Shown here one piece after another: positions 46,801 through 61,177 of a stretch of DNA of 64,000 nucleotides. Within the stretch, counting starts at the first letter, position 1. Each line of letters begins with the position of its first letter. This DNA is from Mytilus edulis (Eukaryota). The position numbers were made by a program, and so were the translations under genes. The notes below the pieces were generated by a model. That model saw only the letters and a list, made by a program, of their open reading frames with translations, did no database searches and was not told the DNA's origin. The stretch is taken from contig NC_092357.1 of the NCBI RefSeq assembly GCF_963676685.1, positions 23,808,001 through 23,872,000 on the forward strand, in the 5' to 3' direction.

Positions 46801-49105
46801 ATTGTATGTATGCTTCCGTTATGTGTGTTTAATACGGGGTCTACGCGAATGTGCTGCAATTTATGGTCCAACGGAAAAATGACAATCTCAGTTATTTCCA
46901 TAATATTGCTTGCTATATATTATGTATATATGTAGTCTTTGGTACTTATAAAGTGATACTGCTTTGAAATGACTGTTAGGTGCTACTTACCAATGAATTC
47001 GTACATGTAATACATGGGCAATAAACAAATAAACAGCCACGCGGTGATGGGAGAGTATCTTTGGAGGAAATTAGGAGTTAACTAAAATCAAGGATTTGTA
47101 TAGTTAGTCTAACTATACAAATCATTGCTAAAATGAAAGACTTAAACCTTAGAATTTTATGCTGTTACACAATATTAAGCAGCATATAACACAATAAAAC
47201 ATTTTGTTATCAGGATTTTGGAATATTAATTTGTTCTTGTATCCTCCGGATATCGTGGTACCCGAAATCCGGATTTAAAAACATGAAATCTGGAGTCCCA
47301 AATTTTCGGTCAAGAAATTAAAATCCCGATTTCCTGAAGTTTGAAAAAAAGGGAATTCACGGATCTCGAAAGGATCAATCCCGAAATCCCGAGCTTAAAT
47401 ATACCCAATCCCGACGTCTCGAAAAAAGGTTCCCCATCTTTATAAACACCAACTAGGCTGTTGCTCACATTAACACGTATTTGGTAGCGGCCAAACTCGC
47501 ATGCAAAATAATTAGAAATTTAGGCGGTATTTCAGCGCGGCAAGGTTTAAAACCAACAATCATGCAAAATGCTCAACTGTTGAATTTAAAACATGCATTA
47601 CAAATATCCAATACCTTGAAAACACATTATAAGTCTAACACCAAAACAAATATACTCAAATAGTTTTAAAGGACTTTAAGTCAACAGTTCTGGATGACAC
47701 CTACTTTGAATTTTGATTGCAATCATTTTACTGAACATTAGGCATATTCAACATATTTTACATTAGTACCGAGATGACCACATTAAGTGTCGATTTAACC
47801 AAGTGTATATTTGGCTACACCCGGGTGGCGATTTCAACTGATGCCGATTTGGGCCTGTTACCTCTTACCTTATCTGTAATTTCCGCCTCTGTCAGGCGCA
47901 TCATACGGTGTAACTTGGCTGTTGGTCAACGACTTTACCGTCAAACTTTTTTCAGAGAATTTGTTAGACACCTCCTCCTACCTACGCCCTCTCAATTTAT
48001 GTTAAAAATATAATTATAATTTATACTGCTAAATAAAAGATTCACTATTCTGTTCTGTTTTTGTAGTATTCCTCCACTATCTTGGAGAACCGTTGTTTAT
48101 ACAACGTAATACGTCCACTACTGTTCTTCAATTTTGGACTGAAACACCACCTAATCGTCTGGGGAGATACTTATTAAAAAGAAAGGTATAGATCCTAGAA
48201 TTCAAATTATTATATAAACAGAAATGCAAAGATCTTCATTACAGAATAACATTAATTTTGAAGACATGACAAATCCGGAATTTATATCCAGACAAGCCGG
48301 GGTTGTTAAAGTATTAGAAAAGTTAGACCGGTTTCCACATCCGCTTGCATGCTTTGCATACTGGCACTGACTTATATCTCACAGGGATTTGACATTTCGA
48401 AGTTAGTTTGTACATTATTGAAGAAACAGTTTTCTATCGTCATTCATTCATCGTTCTTAAGTTTAGGTAAGCACAACGAAGTATCCGTTCACTGGTTATT
48501 GTCAAGGACGTGCGTATAATTCACGCCCACAGGCACAGACACCTGTAGGCATTTGTTTATGAATTTATAATTCTTTGTTTATAATATCCATGGGAAGGTC
48601 GACTAACTATATAAAGCTTCTGTCTATATCATATGGACAGTTGACCTTCCCATAGTTAATAAATTCATACATTGCAGGTGGTTCTATGGGCTATTTCTGC
48701 CCCCGGGAAGCCACTGTTGATTTAATTCTAGAACATATCCTATTATGCCATAACGAAGAAGGAAAGGCATTTAGTATTCGTCAAAAACAGTTTGACGAGA
48801 AATAAGGGGCTACAGTTTTCATGACACTTTATTTTTCATGGATGATAACACAACTTAAAAGTTATAAAGAACAAGGGATAACTTTGAAAATTAACACAAC
48901 CGACAAAAAGATAAAAATTCATACATACTCGGTATATGAAAAGTATGCTTCATACATATGCATGGAAGATATTGTAGAGAAAAATATTGAAGGTACTTTA
49001 CAAGCCACAAGGAACATTTTTGTATTTGCATACTTGCCATATAATTAGTACTTTTCTAGTAAATGAAAACAATAGATATTTAAAATCATACATGTATATT
49101 ATTGG

Positions 49106-50068
49106 CAGTGTCTGCGCGTACCCGCATGCGGGTACGAATAGTCAAATTGCTGTTCTAGGCTGCGCATATCCACATCCGGTTTTCTAATAAAATGCCATCG
49201 AATCGGGAATGAAACGTGAAATATGTAAGAAAATTATCGATAGTATAGGGATTTCGGGTAGAAGAGTGAAGAATATGAAAAAAATAATATTTTCAAATTG
49301 TATTTATTAATTAAAATTAAATGCACAATGATGGAAAATGAAACTGTACAGTCCCTGAAAATAAAAAAGTAAAGTAAAACTACTAAAATTAAAGCTGGAG
49401 TTTATAAAAATTAAAGAAGCAAGTTATAATATCAATTTAAACCAATTACAAAAGATTCATGTAACTAATTAACATTTGGAACACATTTTACATATCAAAT
49501 ATGATTGTTTTGGCACGGATTTCAACCCGGCTGCAAATTTCAAATGTTGCCAGCCTCCGTTCACGTTTCATTAATCATTATTACTTGCTTCTTTAAATTT
49601 TAATTTTTATAAACTCATGCTTTAATTTTAGTAGTTTTATATATTTTAAAATTTTAGTTTCTGTTTAACATTTTACTTAAAGATTATTTTAAAATATCAT
49701 ATGGGTATATTTTTAATTTATAAAAAAATTATTCTTTAAATTTGCATTAAAATTTTATAATAGTATTAATTTCTATCAGTCATGTTTTTCTTTTACAGGG
49801 ACTGTACAGGTTCATTTTCCATCATTGTGCTTTTAATTTTGCAATGATTATTATGTATCATTATTTAATAAATACAATTTGAAAATATTATTTTTCATAC
49901 TTTTCACTCGTTCTACACGATATCCCCATTTTATCGATAATTTCCGTAGATATTTCACGTTTTATACCCGATCCAATGGCATTTTATTAGAAAACCGGAT
50001 GTGGTTACGCGCAGCCTAGAACGGCAATTTGACTATTCGTACCCACATGCGGGTACGCGCAGACACTA
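49106..50068. mobile_element. Foldback DNA element with long TIRs, possibly MULE-like
   Basis: AGTGTCTGCGCGTACCCGCATG...CATGCGGGTACGCGCAGACACT; arms pair over >250 bp. Candidate 9-bp TSD TATTATTGG/TATTATTAT. Confidence 0.85.
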
Positions 50069-51093
50069 TATTATTATATCAGTCATGCTGACTGTCAGTA
50101 TAAAATAGAAAAAAGTGAATTCAAAGGAAAAAATATGGACGGCAATATTTATTGAATTATAAGGAAAAGGGAAATATTAACACTCATATCACCCGATAAA
50201 AGTATCAACTAATAAATCCGATAATGCAGTCATAAAGTTATTGATGGAAACTTTTGTTCATTTCGCACATAATTTTAGTATAAACGTGATATTGGAGGCA
50301 AAAATATGACATATGAAAATGTGATTTATAGTGTTGTTCCGATGATCGGAATAAGTCGGAAATCAGTTGGTTGGGCCTGGCGATGTCGATAATCGATTGG
50401 GATTTTGTTCAATCGATTGTCGTTAAAGTTTCCGGACTTTTAGCTTATCAACTTCCGGTCCGTTTGCGGTTTGCATATTATATGCGCAGTCAAACAAATA
50501 ATAACAAAAAATATCAGTCAATGACAATGATAATGTCAAACATCCTATAATTAAAGACTTAACCAATTTCCTTCTTTATAAACGTGACAAAAGCATTGAC
50601 TATCATGACTATAAATATTTGCAGATTGATGGAACGTTATTTAAAATTAATAACTTTGTATGAAATACTTTCTTTCAATTCCGGTACTTGTTACTTGAGA
50701 GCGTACATAAAATCATCGCGATTTTAGATAAAATATTTTCTTTGCTTCATAAGAACGTGTTGCAAATTGCCTTTTATTAATGTTTTGTCCATTTGTAGCA
50801 TCTAAAACGTCATATTCCTTTCAAAATTGCTTGCCAAACATCGTTTATTTTTGTAAATTTTCCGAAATTTGTCCGCCATTAAAAGATATAAGAATCACGA
50901 ATCGGATACGGTTCAACTTTGTAATAATTCTGCATTCTTGCAACTTTAAGTCTCAGACGCACGAATGACACAATTGACAGAAAAAAGATGACCACAAAAG
51001 TGAAAATAAGCATTCTACACGAATTAACAGACATTGGCTTAATCCGCTTTGTTTACTGTATATTATATTATAATGCAAATGCATTGCTTTTAT

Positions 51094-53326
51094 TTTTATA
51101 CGACCGCAAAATTTGAAAAAATTTTCGTCGTATATTGCTATCACGTTGGCGTCGGCGTCGTCGTCGTCGTCGTCGTCCGGCATCCGAATACTTTTAGTTT
51201 TCGCACTCTAACTTTAGTAAAAGTGCATGGAAATCTATGAAATTTTAACACAAGGTTTATGACCACAAAAGGAAGGTTGGTATTGATTTTGGGAGTTTTG
51301 GTCCCAACATTTTAGGAATTAGGGGCCAAAAAGAGCCCAAATAAGCATTTTCTTGGTTTTCGCACTATAACTTTAGTTTAAGTTAATAGAAACCTATGAA
51401 ATTTAGACACAAGGTTTATGACCACAAAAGAACGGTTGGGATTGATTTTGGGAGTTTTGGTTTCAACAGTTTAGGAATTAGGGGTCAAAAAAGGGCCCAA
51501 ATAAGCGTTATTCTTGGTTTTCGCACAATAACTTTAGTTTAAGTAAATAGAAATCAATGAAATTTAAACACAATGTTAATGACTACAAAAGGAAGGTTGG
51601 TATTGATTTTGGGAGTTTAGGTCCCAACAGTTTAGGGATTAGGGGCCAAAAAGGGACCCAAATAAGCATTTTTCTTGGTTTTCGCACCATAACGTTAGTA
51701 TAAGTAAATAGAAATCTATGAAATTTAAACACAAGGTTTATGACCATAAAAGGAAGGTTGGTATTGATTTTGGGAGTTTTGGTCCCAACAGAATAAGGGG
51801 CCCAAAGGGTCCAAAATTAAACTTTGTTTGATTTCATCAAAATTGAATAATTGGGGTTCTTTGATATGCCGAATCTAACTGTCATGACTGTGTATGTAGA
51901 TTCTTAACTTTTGGTCCCGTTTTCAAATTGGTCTACATTAAGGTCCAAAGGGTCCAAAATTAAACTTAGTTTGATTTTGACAAAAAATGAATCAGTTAGG
52001 TTCTTTGATATGCTGAATCTAAAAATGTACTTAGATTCTTGATTATTGGCCCAGTTTTCAAGTTGGTCCAAATCGGGGTCCAAAATTAAACTTTGTTTGA
52101 TTTCATCAAAAATTGAATAAATGGGGTTCTTTGATATACCAAATCTAACTGTGTATGTAGATTCTTCATTTTTGGTCCTGTTTTCAAATTGGTCCACACT
52201 AAAGTCCAAAGGGTCCAAAATTAAACTTAGTCTGATTTCAACAAAAATTGAAATCTTGGGGTTCTTTGATATGCTGAATCCAAAAATGTACTTAGATTTT
52301 TTATTATGGGCCCAGTTTTCAAGTTGGTCCAAATCAGGATCTAAAATTATTATATTAAGTATTGTGCAATAGCAAGTCTTTTCAATTGCACAGTATTGCG
52401 CAATGGCAAGAAATATCTAATTGCACAATATTGTGAAATAGCAATTTTTTTTTTAATTAGAGTTATCTTTCTTTGTCCAGAATAGTAAGCAAGAAATATC
52501 TAATTGCAACATATTGTGCAATAGCAAGATTTTTTTTTAATTGGAGTTATCTTTCTTTGTCCAGAATCAACTTAAATCTTTGTTATATACAATATACAAT
52601 GTATATTCACTTTTTACTACCAACTGATAAATTATAATAAATAACATTCAGTGATAACAAGCAGTTTTTTTTACATCTTAATAGTTTTGGAATAAGGGAA
52701 AGGGGGATGTGATTAAAAAAATTGGGTTCAATTTTTCTCATTTGAAATTTCATAAATAAAAAAGAAAATTTCTTCAAACATTTTTATGCCCCACCTACGA
52801 TAGTAGAGGGGCATTATGTTTTCTGGTCTGTGCGTCCGTCCGTCCGTCTGTCCGTTCGTTTGTCCGTCCGTTCGTCCGTCCGTCTGTCCCGCTTTAGGTT
52901 AAAGTTTTTGGTCAAGGTAGTTTTTGATGAAGTTTAAGTCCAATCAACTTCAAACTTAGTACACATGTCCCCTATGATATGATCTTTCTAATTTTAATGC
53001 CAAATTAGAGTTTTTACCCCAATTTCACGGTCCACTGAACATGGAAAATGATAGTGCGAGTGGGGCATTCGTGTACTGAGGACACATTCTTGTTTTGAGA
53101 GGATTAATATTCAACAGCATAGTGAATTGCTCTAAGAGAAAACAAAAATTTAAAGTTCATTAGAACACATTCATTCTGTGTCAGAAACCTATGCTGTGTC
53201 AACTATTTAATCACAATCCAAATTTAGAGCTGAATCCAGCTTGAATGTTGTGTCCATACTTGCCCCAACCGTTCAGGGTTCAACCTCTGCGGTCGTATAA
53301 AGCTACGCCCTGCGGAGCATCTGGTT
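51094..53326 (+). mobile_element. HINE/DINE-1-like element with internal satellite arrays
   Basis: 5' TTTATACGACCGC with nearby inverted GTCGTATA, (CGT)n, ~160-bp units x4, ~280-bp units x2, 3' subTIR GCGGTCGTATAAA, stem-loop GCTACGC-CCT-GCGGAGC, then TTT. Confidence 0.85.
52782..53093 (+). mobile_element. Short HINE-like element nested in a T-run of the 51094 element
   Basis: ATGCCCC..GGGGCAT 5' hairpin, (GTCC)n, 3' GTGGGGCAT plus stem-loop. A related 5' fragment is at ~4078-4163. Confidence 0.85.
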
Positions 53327-56300
53327 TCTGTTAATTTTAAATTTCTTAAAGTTAAAAACTGTATATATCTTTTCTTAATTAGTTGCATTCAAATGTTTAT
53401 ACAGATATGTTATTGAAATTGTATTGTGAGTTACACCATTGAAATTTAGAAAAGTTAGTGTCATTGTTGGTAATTAATGTTGTAATTATGAAATAAAATA
53501 TGTTCAATATGAATCTTGATTCTTATTAATTCATTGTTCTAACTGCTAAATAAATAGTTATCAAAGTACCAGGATTATAATTTAGCATGCCAGAATATGA
53601 AAAGGAAACAAAAGATCAAATATGAATATATAAACTCTGCAATGATATGGAATATACACATTAGACATGTACAATGAGACTAAATGCATGATTTCATTTA
53701 AAAAAAAGGGAAAGCTATTATGATGCAATTATAACCGATAGTCGGTTGGTGGCTGTCAATCGATTGTAATAGATAATCGGTTGGTAATTTCAACCGATTA
53801 TCCAACACTAGTGGTATACGTGACTTTCATTTTGAGCAATGAATTGAAAGAATTGCACTTTTGGGATATGGGAGATAGCTAATCCATCCTTTTTCTCCCC
53901 CCCCCCCCCCCCCCCCACAAAAAAACAACAAAACAAAACCAAATAACAAACAAACAAAAACAAACTTAAACGCACACACAACATTGAAACTTTGAAAAAA
54001 AATAAAGATATCTACTCACCACAATAACTGACTTTTCCATATCTTTAACAGGTACATGTATATATCAACAATCAAAAGGTTATGTATATCGTTGTCAGTT
54101 AATATGAATAGAAACGTATAGGTAAATTTGTCCTAGATATTAACCTGTAAGTTTCTTCATTTATTTTTATATGCGTTTATGTCATCTTTAAACTGAACAT
54201 TTGCATTTTTAACAAACAAAATACCATTGAAATACTGAAAAACACATTTATTATGTTTCAGTTACTATTATCCGATAAAAAAAATTACGATTATCAGAGA
54301 AGAAAAATACTATAGTTATAGATTATTGTTGATCATCTCAACGAGATTGATTTTCTTGCTAGAGCGGGAACAGTCAATGTCAATTTCATGTCAATTTCGT
54401 TAGCAACGCTTAGTTACGTGGCCTTCTTAGTTTCTAGTGATAATTTTTCCATCTCAAGCGAGAAGCATGATATGAAAGGCAACAGTAGTATACCGCTGTT
54501 CAAAACTCATAAATCCATGGACAAAAAACAAAATCGGGGTAACAAACCAAAACCGAGCGAAACGCATTAAATATAAGAGAACAACGACACAACACCGACA
54601 CGCAACACACACAGAAACGGACAAAGCATCAGACAAAACAAATATAACATGAAAACCAAATACATGAATTTGGGATAGACAAGTACCGTGCCAAGTCTTA
54701 TCTCAATATCTCAAAAATAAGAGGAAACACAAACGACTCAACGTTAAAATGCAACACACAGAGAAACGAACAATAATATAACAATGACCATCTTCCTGAC
54801 TTGGTACAGGACACTGATATGAAAATTATCACAAAAGAAGATCAAAAGAAAAATGCACAAAATAGCAATAATTATGATTATCATCCCAAATTTTTCAACG
54901 GCTATTTTCAAAGTGCTTAGACAATTCCAGTGCACATTTACGATTCAAATATGATGTAATGGTATAGATAAACGTACATTTAAGAAAAATGAGTATTAAG
55001 ATTTTTCCTATATCTACCATCGCCATATTGGGATAATCGTAATTTCAGTTACGATTATCTTTTTTTAAATACCAGTGATTAATTCAACAAAGAAACTAAT
55101 TGCATAAAGATCTGAAGTATGTGCACAAGGTCTTCAAAAAATGCTCCTTGGGGCTTGTAAATGAGCAGTGTTCTGAAGATAAAACCAGAAAGCAATTCCC
55201 CCGACATATTTTCTGTATGCAAAGTAACCTCAGTGTGACCCATTTCGTAAAAATCCGATGATTGCAATACGCATGGATGTCCTTAAAATAAACTATTATC
55301 TGAATTTTTAGGTTAAACACGTGCTCAATTGCCATGCTTTTTTATTTGTATTTTGTCCATTGTTTACGAACTGGTGACAATCGTTAAAATTTGGGTTCAA
55401 AACACGAACTTCAATTACCTGCCATATTTTCACAACACAGACCGATTGAAAAAAAAATGACGATTAATATGAAATTTACAAGAAAAAAATGATAAATGTG
55501 TGCTCAAAAGACTAAGTTTATGATTTTTTGTATCCATTGGTTCAAGAATTTGAAGAACAGTATTTTTCACCGGTCACTCGTTTCTTATGACTTTAAGTAT
55601 CCTACAAATTTACTTCTAATGTGTATATTTTTTTTTCTACTTCTTCAAGTAATTAAAAATAACTTAAATAAGTAGTACCCCTGACTGACATAAATAAACA
55701 ATAAGATTCATTATGTTCTTATTTATTTTCAGATAATTAGCATTGGAGAATAAGCATTTGACTGGTCTTATGGTCACAGTTGGTTGCATCCTGTATAATT
55801 TAGTAAGGATTATTCAAGAACAAAAATATAAAACATTAGACAAATCTTTTCATACCATCAGGTGCACATGACAGATTTCTTAATTAAGCACATTCATGAC
55901 ATTTGAGACCAAAAATCTAAAAAGTTGCCAAAAGATCATATTCATTTAACACATCGGAAACCAAAAATTTAGAAAACAAGCAATTAATTTCATTAAACAC
56001 TTTCAAAAACCAAAAGTTTAGGCAGCTAACAAAAGTAAAGATCAAATACATTTGAGATTATTTTCAGAAAGAAAACAAATATGTTGGTAATTTTAAACAG
56101 GAAAAACATACTCAGTGAGCTAATAAAACACATTTGAGACCAAAAGTTAAGAAAGCAAAGAAGTTTTAAGTATTCTTCCTTGGACACAAAGGAACCCTTG
56201 CCCACATTGACAATTTTTTTTTTATTAGTGTCTTTCTTAATATCCTGGGTTAATTATCAATTGAAAATCCAAACTTTGTAAAGAAATATTCAGTGTAGTA

Positions 56301-56329
56301 TTGTCCACTCTTTAATTATAAATATATAT

Positions 56330-56493
56330 ATATAACAATATGTCAAAGCTTAAAAATATATAACAATATGTCAAAGCTTAAAAATATATAACAATATGTC
56401 AAAGCTTAAAAATATATAACAATATGTCAAAGCTTAAAAATATATAAAAATATGTCAAAGCTTAAAAATATATAACAATATGTCAAAGCTTAA
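56330..56493. repeat. 28-bp minisatellite, ~6 copies
   Basis: TGTCAAAGCTT at 56341, 56369, 56397, 56425, 56453 and 56481. Confidence 0.95.
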
Positions 56494-56860
56494 TGGTATT
56501 TTTATCCCAGTTGCAGTAACTACTATTTTATATTGATACTGATAATATTAGTGTTAAGAATTTGTCAGTTTAAATAACTTTGCATTTTGATTTTCAGATC
56601 ACAATATAATTACTGGAGAATTTGCAGTGAAATTAGCTAAAGGTCACAGTTGGCTGCCTACTTTATATCCTGGTAAGGATTATTCAGTCAGAACAAAACA
56701 AAGATTTGTGATAAAACAAATCCTGTTATGCTTGCAATATGCACATGACTGGTTTGTTACTCAAACTCATGTTAGACCAACAGGTTAAACAATGAAAAAA
56801 TAAATGGCGCCTACATTTAATACATTTCACGCCAAAAGTTAAGAATCAGACATGTAAAGC

Positions 56861-57638
56861 GGCGTTTTGCATTTGCGCCGATCTGCTTTTCATTTGCGCC
56901 GATTTTTTCTTTCATTTGCGCCGATTTTTGTTTTCATTTGCGCCGATTTTATTACAGGTAAATTACAGGTGAATAGATATATAAAGAAGATATGATATGA
57001 GTGTCAATGAGAAAACTCTCCATCCAAGCCATGTTATTTTTCATTTATCATAATAGACCTCTTCCATTTGCCACTTGTACAAATGTAATGAATTGTCAAT
57101 CACAACTTGTATATAACTGTTGTCCCCTGCTCACCACTGGAAGGTGGAAGAAGGCCTCCAAGATACATCTCCAGACTTTTTTCATTGTTAACCGTATCCG
57201 TAGTTCTTTAGCAACTGTCTTTCGAACATTTGCCACATGGTTATGCTCGATCTGTGTTTTGACAATAGAATCCGTGGTAAATCTGGCTTTACACGATTTT
57301 ATGGTACATTAGTAAGATATGTTGTTATATTTCAGGACACTGACCTTCAGATATGTATGGCCCTCGATAATTAAAGAATTGACTACTCGGTCCGTTTCAG
57401 TGTGCAATATGTCCATCAAGTTGCAACGAAGTTTCAGAACAATATGACTCAAAATTAACTTAAACATGGATGAAAAACAATTATAACCAGATTTGACCAA
57501 TGCACAGTACATGTATAAGTTTTAACTTACCTGTAAATCTAATTAGGAGCAAATATAAAATTGGCACAAATGAAAAAATGAAATCGGCACAAATGAAAGA
57601 ATGAAAATTTTCAAAATCGGCGCAAATGTCATACGCCC
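56861..57638. mobile_element. MITE-like element with subterminal ATTTGCGCCGAT repeats
   Basis: Four CATTTGCGCCGAT plus TTACAGGTAA on the left; TTACCTGTAA plus inverted ATCGGC(G/A)CAAATG repeats on the right; GGCG...CGCC ends. Confidence 0.7.
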
Positions 57639-59149
57639 ATGTAAAGGTACAGTACTCTAAGGACATACTGAGATTGATAACTTTGAGAGGCATTGTATTG
57701 TGTCTGACATGACAGTCTTAAGGATAGACACACAAACCAGGTGTGATCCCATGCTGTTTAGTAATTAAGGTTACCTGAATCATGGAGCATGGATGATAAA
57801 CTGTTAAAAGTCTTCATCAAACACATTTTTATTATCAAAAGATTTAATAGAAAACAAACACATATAATATGTATAAAGTTACCTTCACCTATGTAATAGC
57901 AAAAGATTTATGAATTCAATAATACTTAATTTTAATTGTAATATACTGATTGGCATGTCCACAACATGAGTCTAAAATCACATCTTTTACATCACCTACT
58001 ACCGGGCTACAGTCCATGCTTAATGCAATGTTAACTGAAAAAAATGAACAATCTTTACCCATTGGTGCTTACAAGCACTTTTATTAATGTTTTGTCCCTT
58101 TATAACCTAATAGGATATTTTTTTTCTGTTCTCTAACTTAAGTTTGTCTCAACTAAATTTGATAAAATGCATCTATAATGTTTGTGAACACTGAATTAAC
58201 CCTTTATAATGTTATATGCTAGCTGGGGCAGCATCTGTGTCCCTATGGACACATTCCCTAATATTTATCAACAAATGCAGATAACTTTAAACTTTAGTCA
58301 TGATTGTAATGCCAATGTATATATGCTATACTTAAAATCTTTTTCTCTTATAGGTCACAGTGAAGTCCTTGAACTAAAAATCTGGTTGCTTTTCCTGGAT
58401 ACAAAAACAGATTATACTTGGTAGGAGTCATTAGAAAACAAAGAAGAATATATTGTAGATGTATTAGATATTTTATTCATAATAATATAATTTTGTTTGA
58501 TCTTAATTATGGATGTATATTACCATGAGAAGAAGGGAAGGCTTACATGTATGCCCTTGCCCATGTTGGCCCAGAGCAAATGAACCTTTTAAAATGATAC
58601 ATCTTTATGTAAGAAAAAATGTTTGTTTTGATTACTTCATTGCCACTATTAAGGAAAGAGCTATTTCAGTATTATGTATGGATTCACATTGATATGAGAC
58701 ACAACATTGTTACCTTGAAAAATTGAAATTATAATTATACATTGCTCTTCAACTTCATACTTGACCTTTATAAAAAAATATATTATAGCATCACTGTTGA
58801 GTTTTTTTGTAGATGAAGTGCACGTCTGGCACAAACATCAAATTTCAATACTGGTATCTACATTTATGATGAGTTTATTGTAAGGTCTTTTATGATGAGA
58901 TGGATAAACTTCAACCCAAATAAAAAACAGGATTGAACTATATAATATAGCAATATTATCAGGCTTGTTGTGAAAAAAGTGTAGTTAACATGATTAATGA
59001 ATGCTATTGTCATTTCATATTAAAGCAGACTAACTGCTCCTGGCTTCTCCAGAGACATTTGAATGTTAAAATTGTTTTGTTCATCCATTGGACAATGAGT
59101 TACACCCATTGGGGCTCTTTTATTTTACTACTTCAACACTTACTCATTA

Positions 59150-59929
59150 TTTTTTATGCCCCCACTAAGCGGAGGATTCTATACCCCTTGTCTAAGCCGA
59201 GGGGGCATTAAGTGTTACCCTTCAGTACATCCTAAAGTGGGTTTCCTATCTCTAACTTAAGTTTGCCTCACCCAAATGTTATGAAACTTACACACAATTT
59301 TTATTTTTAGCAAACTTAGATCAAGTTTGAATTTTTGTGTCGCAGATGTCACTTTACCACTCTGAGATATGCCCTTTACAAATTGAAAATTTGCACAACT
59401 TTTTGTTTTGTTTCTGTTCTCCAACTTCAGTTTCCTCAACCAAATGGTTTGAAACTTTCACACAATGTTTATAAGCACAAAATACAGGTCAAGTTCTCAT
59501 TTTGGTGGTATTGCTTAAACCGTTCTAGAGTTATGTCCCTTTACAAATGGAAAAACTGCTGAATGGTTGTTTCCATTTTCTTACTTAAGTTTGTCTAAAC
59601 CAAATGGAATGAAACTTATTCACAATGGGTATTACCACGAAACACAGTTTACCCTAGAATTTTTGTGGCGTCATATTTTCTGTTCTGAAGTTATGTCCCT
59701 TTACAAATAGAAAAATTGCAGAAATTTTTATTTCCCTTACCTAACTTTAATTTGTTACAACCAAATATCAATTTACTTAGACGCAATACTCAGTACTTAT
59801 AACCTTGTAACTCAGATCAAGTACAAATTTGCCTCACTTTTACAGTCATAAATGGTTATGTCCATTTATAACTTTATATGATATGCAAGTGGGGGTATCA
59901 TCTGCGTCCCATGGGCACGATCCCTATTT
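59150..59929 (+). mobile_element. HINE-like element with ~160-bp internal tandem units
   Basis: TTTTATGCCCCC..GGGGGCAT head, ~4 diverged units (AACTTAAGTTTG..AACCAAATG..TGAAACTT), GTGGGGGTAT 3' subTIR plus stem-loop. A related remnant is at ~58085-58262. Confidence 0.75.
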
Positions 59930-61177
59930 ACATAAAGATAAAAAAAGTATAAATATCCTGTACATACTTGACATTGATGCCTTATGATTGGAAAATTTTG
60001 TCATGCATATGTCTTATTTATGACTACGTCAAAAAGTACTGGTATAGGGTTTTTATGAGCAATCTTTTCTGGGATCATCGATGATAAGTTGTCTCTATTT
60101 TACATTTATATGTAGAATCATTGCAAGGTATATATGTTATCACAGGGAAATTGTAAATTCTTAGCATACTATACAGTTGGATATTTGTGGTACAATCATG
60201 TAGTTGTTTCATTTTTGTCTTTCGGGTTTTGGTGGATATATGTCTCATTGGCAATCAAACCATAAATAACACATTCTTATAGTTCATAATTCTAGGGAGT
60301 TGTGAAACTGTAACAACACTGTTGTTGGCATGATTATTCTTATTCTTCCTGAAAATGCAGGAAATATTTGCTACTGGATATTAAGCATAAGACTATCAAC
60401 ATAATTATACTTCTTGTCATCTTTAAATGGTAACATTAAGATTAAAAATCTAGATAGTTAAATATGTTCAAAGCACCTCTAAACGAAAAAGAATATGGTT
60501 TACTACTGTGTGTATAACTGTTTGCTAAATATCTGTCAAATTGTAGATTTCAGGTATATGAGAATTAGAGACATGGGAACATAAGTTGTCTATTGACAAT
60601 AAAAATACATAACTATATTTGATGTGCAACAAGTACCAATTACAAACTATAAAACATAGATCAACTGCAATAAAGTTGACAAACTACAATAAACTCATTA
60701 TAGATACCAGGATTAAATTTCGTACTTAAGCCAGACGTGTGATTTGTCTACAAGTTTAAAGACTTCAGTGATGCTCAATTCCCCAAAAGTTAAAAGGCCA
60801 AATAAAGTACTAAGTTAAAAAGCATTGATGACCAAAGCCACTGTATACTATGCAACAATGATCTAAACACATACATTAGTAATCAATAAAAATAACATGA
60901 TGCTTTTATGAAAATAATTATGTCAGTCTGCAAAATTGATGACACATAACAAACTTTTTAAGGAAGCTAATTTACTTTCAGTGATGAATTCCCTGATTTT
61001 GAATACAATATTTGATAGCTCAAGAACGATTCGGTGCAATAATTTAACTGTTTAGTATCCAGCGTTGTGTAACTGATAAATTACAAATATATTTTACTCC
61101 TTACACAACTTGTTTTCGTTATTTGAGAAACTAGAATATACGATATTAAATAATATATTAATTTTCTTTTTCAGATA

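Larger units (their letters stand above)
50329..53810. mobile_element. hAT-like non-autonomous element hosting nested HINEs
   Basis: TIR TAGTGTTG...CAACACTA, subterminal AATCGATT/CCGAT repeats at both ends, diverged 8-bp TSD GTGATTTA/GTGGTATA. Confidence 0.65.

Noticed and set aside
51904-52372. 142-aa and 83-aa ORFs
   Set aside because: They lie in the ~280-bp tandem units of a non-autonomous element; no protein motifs.
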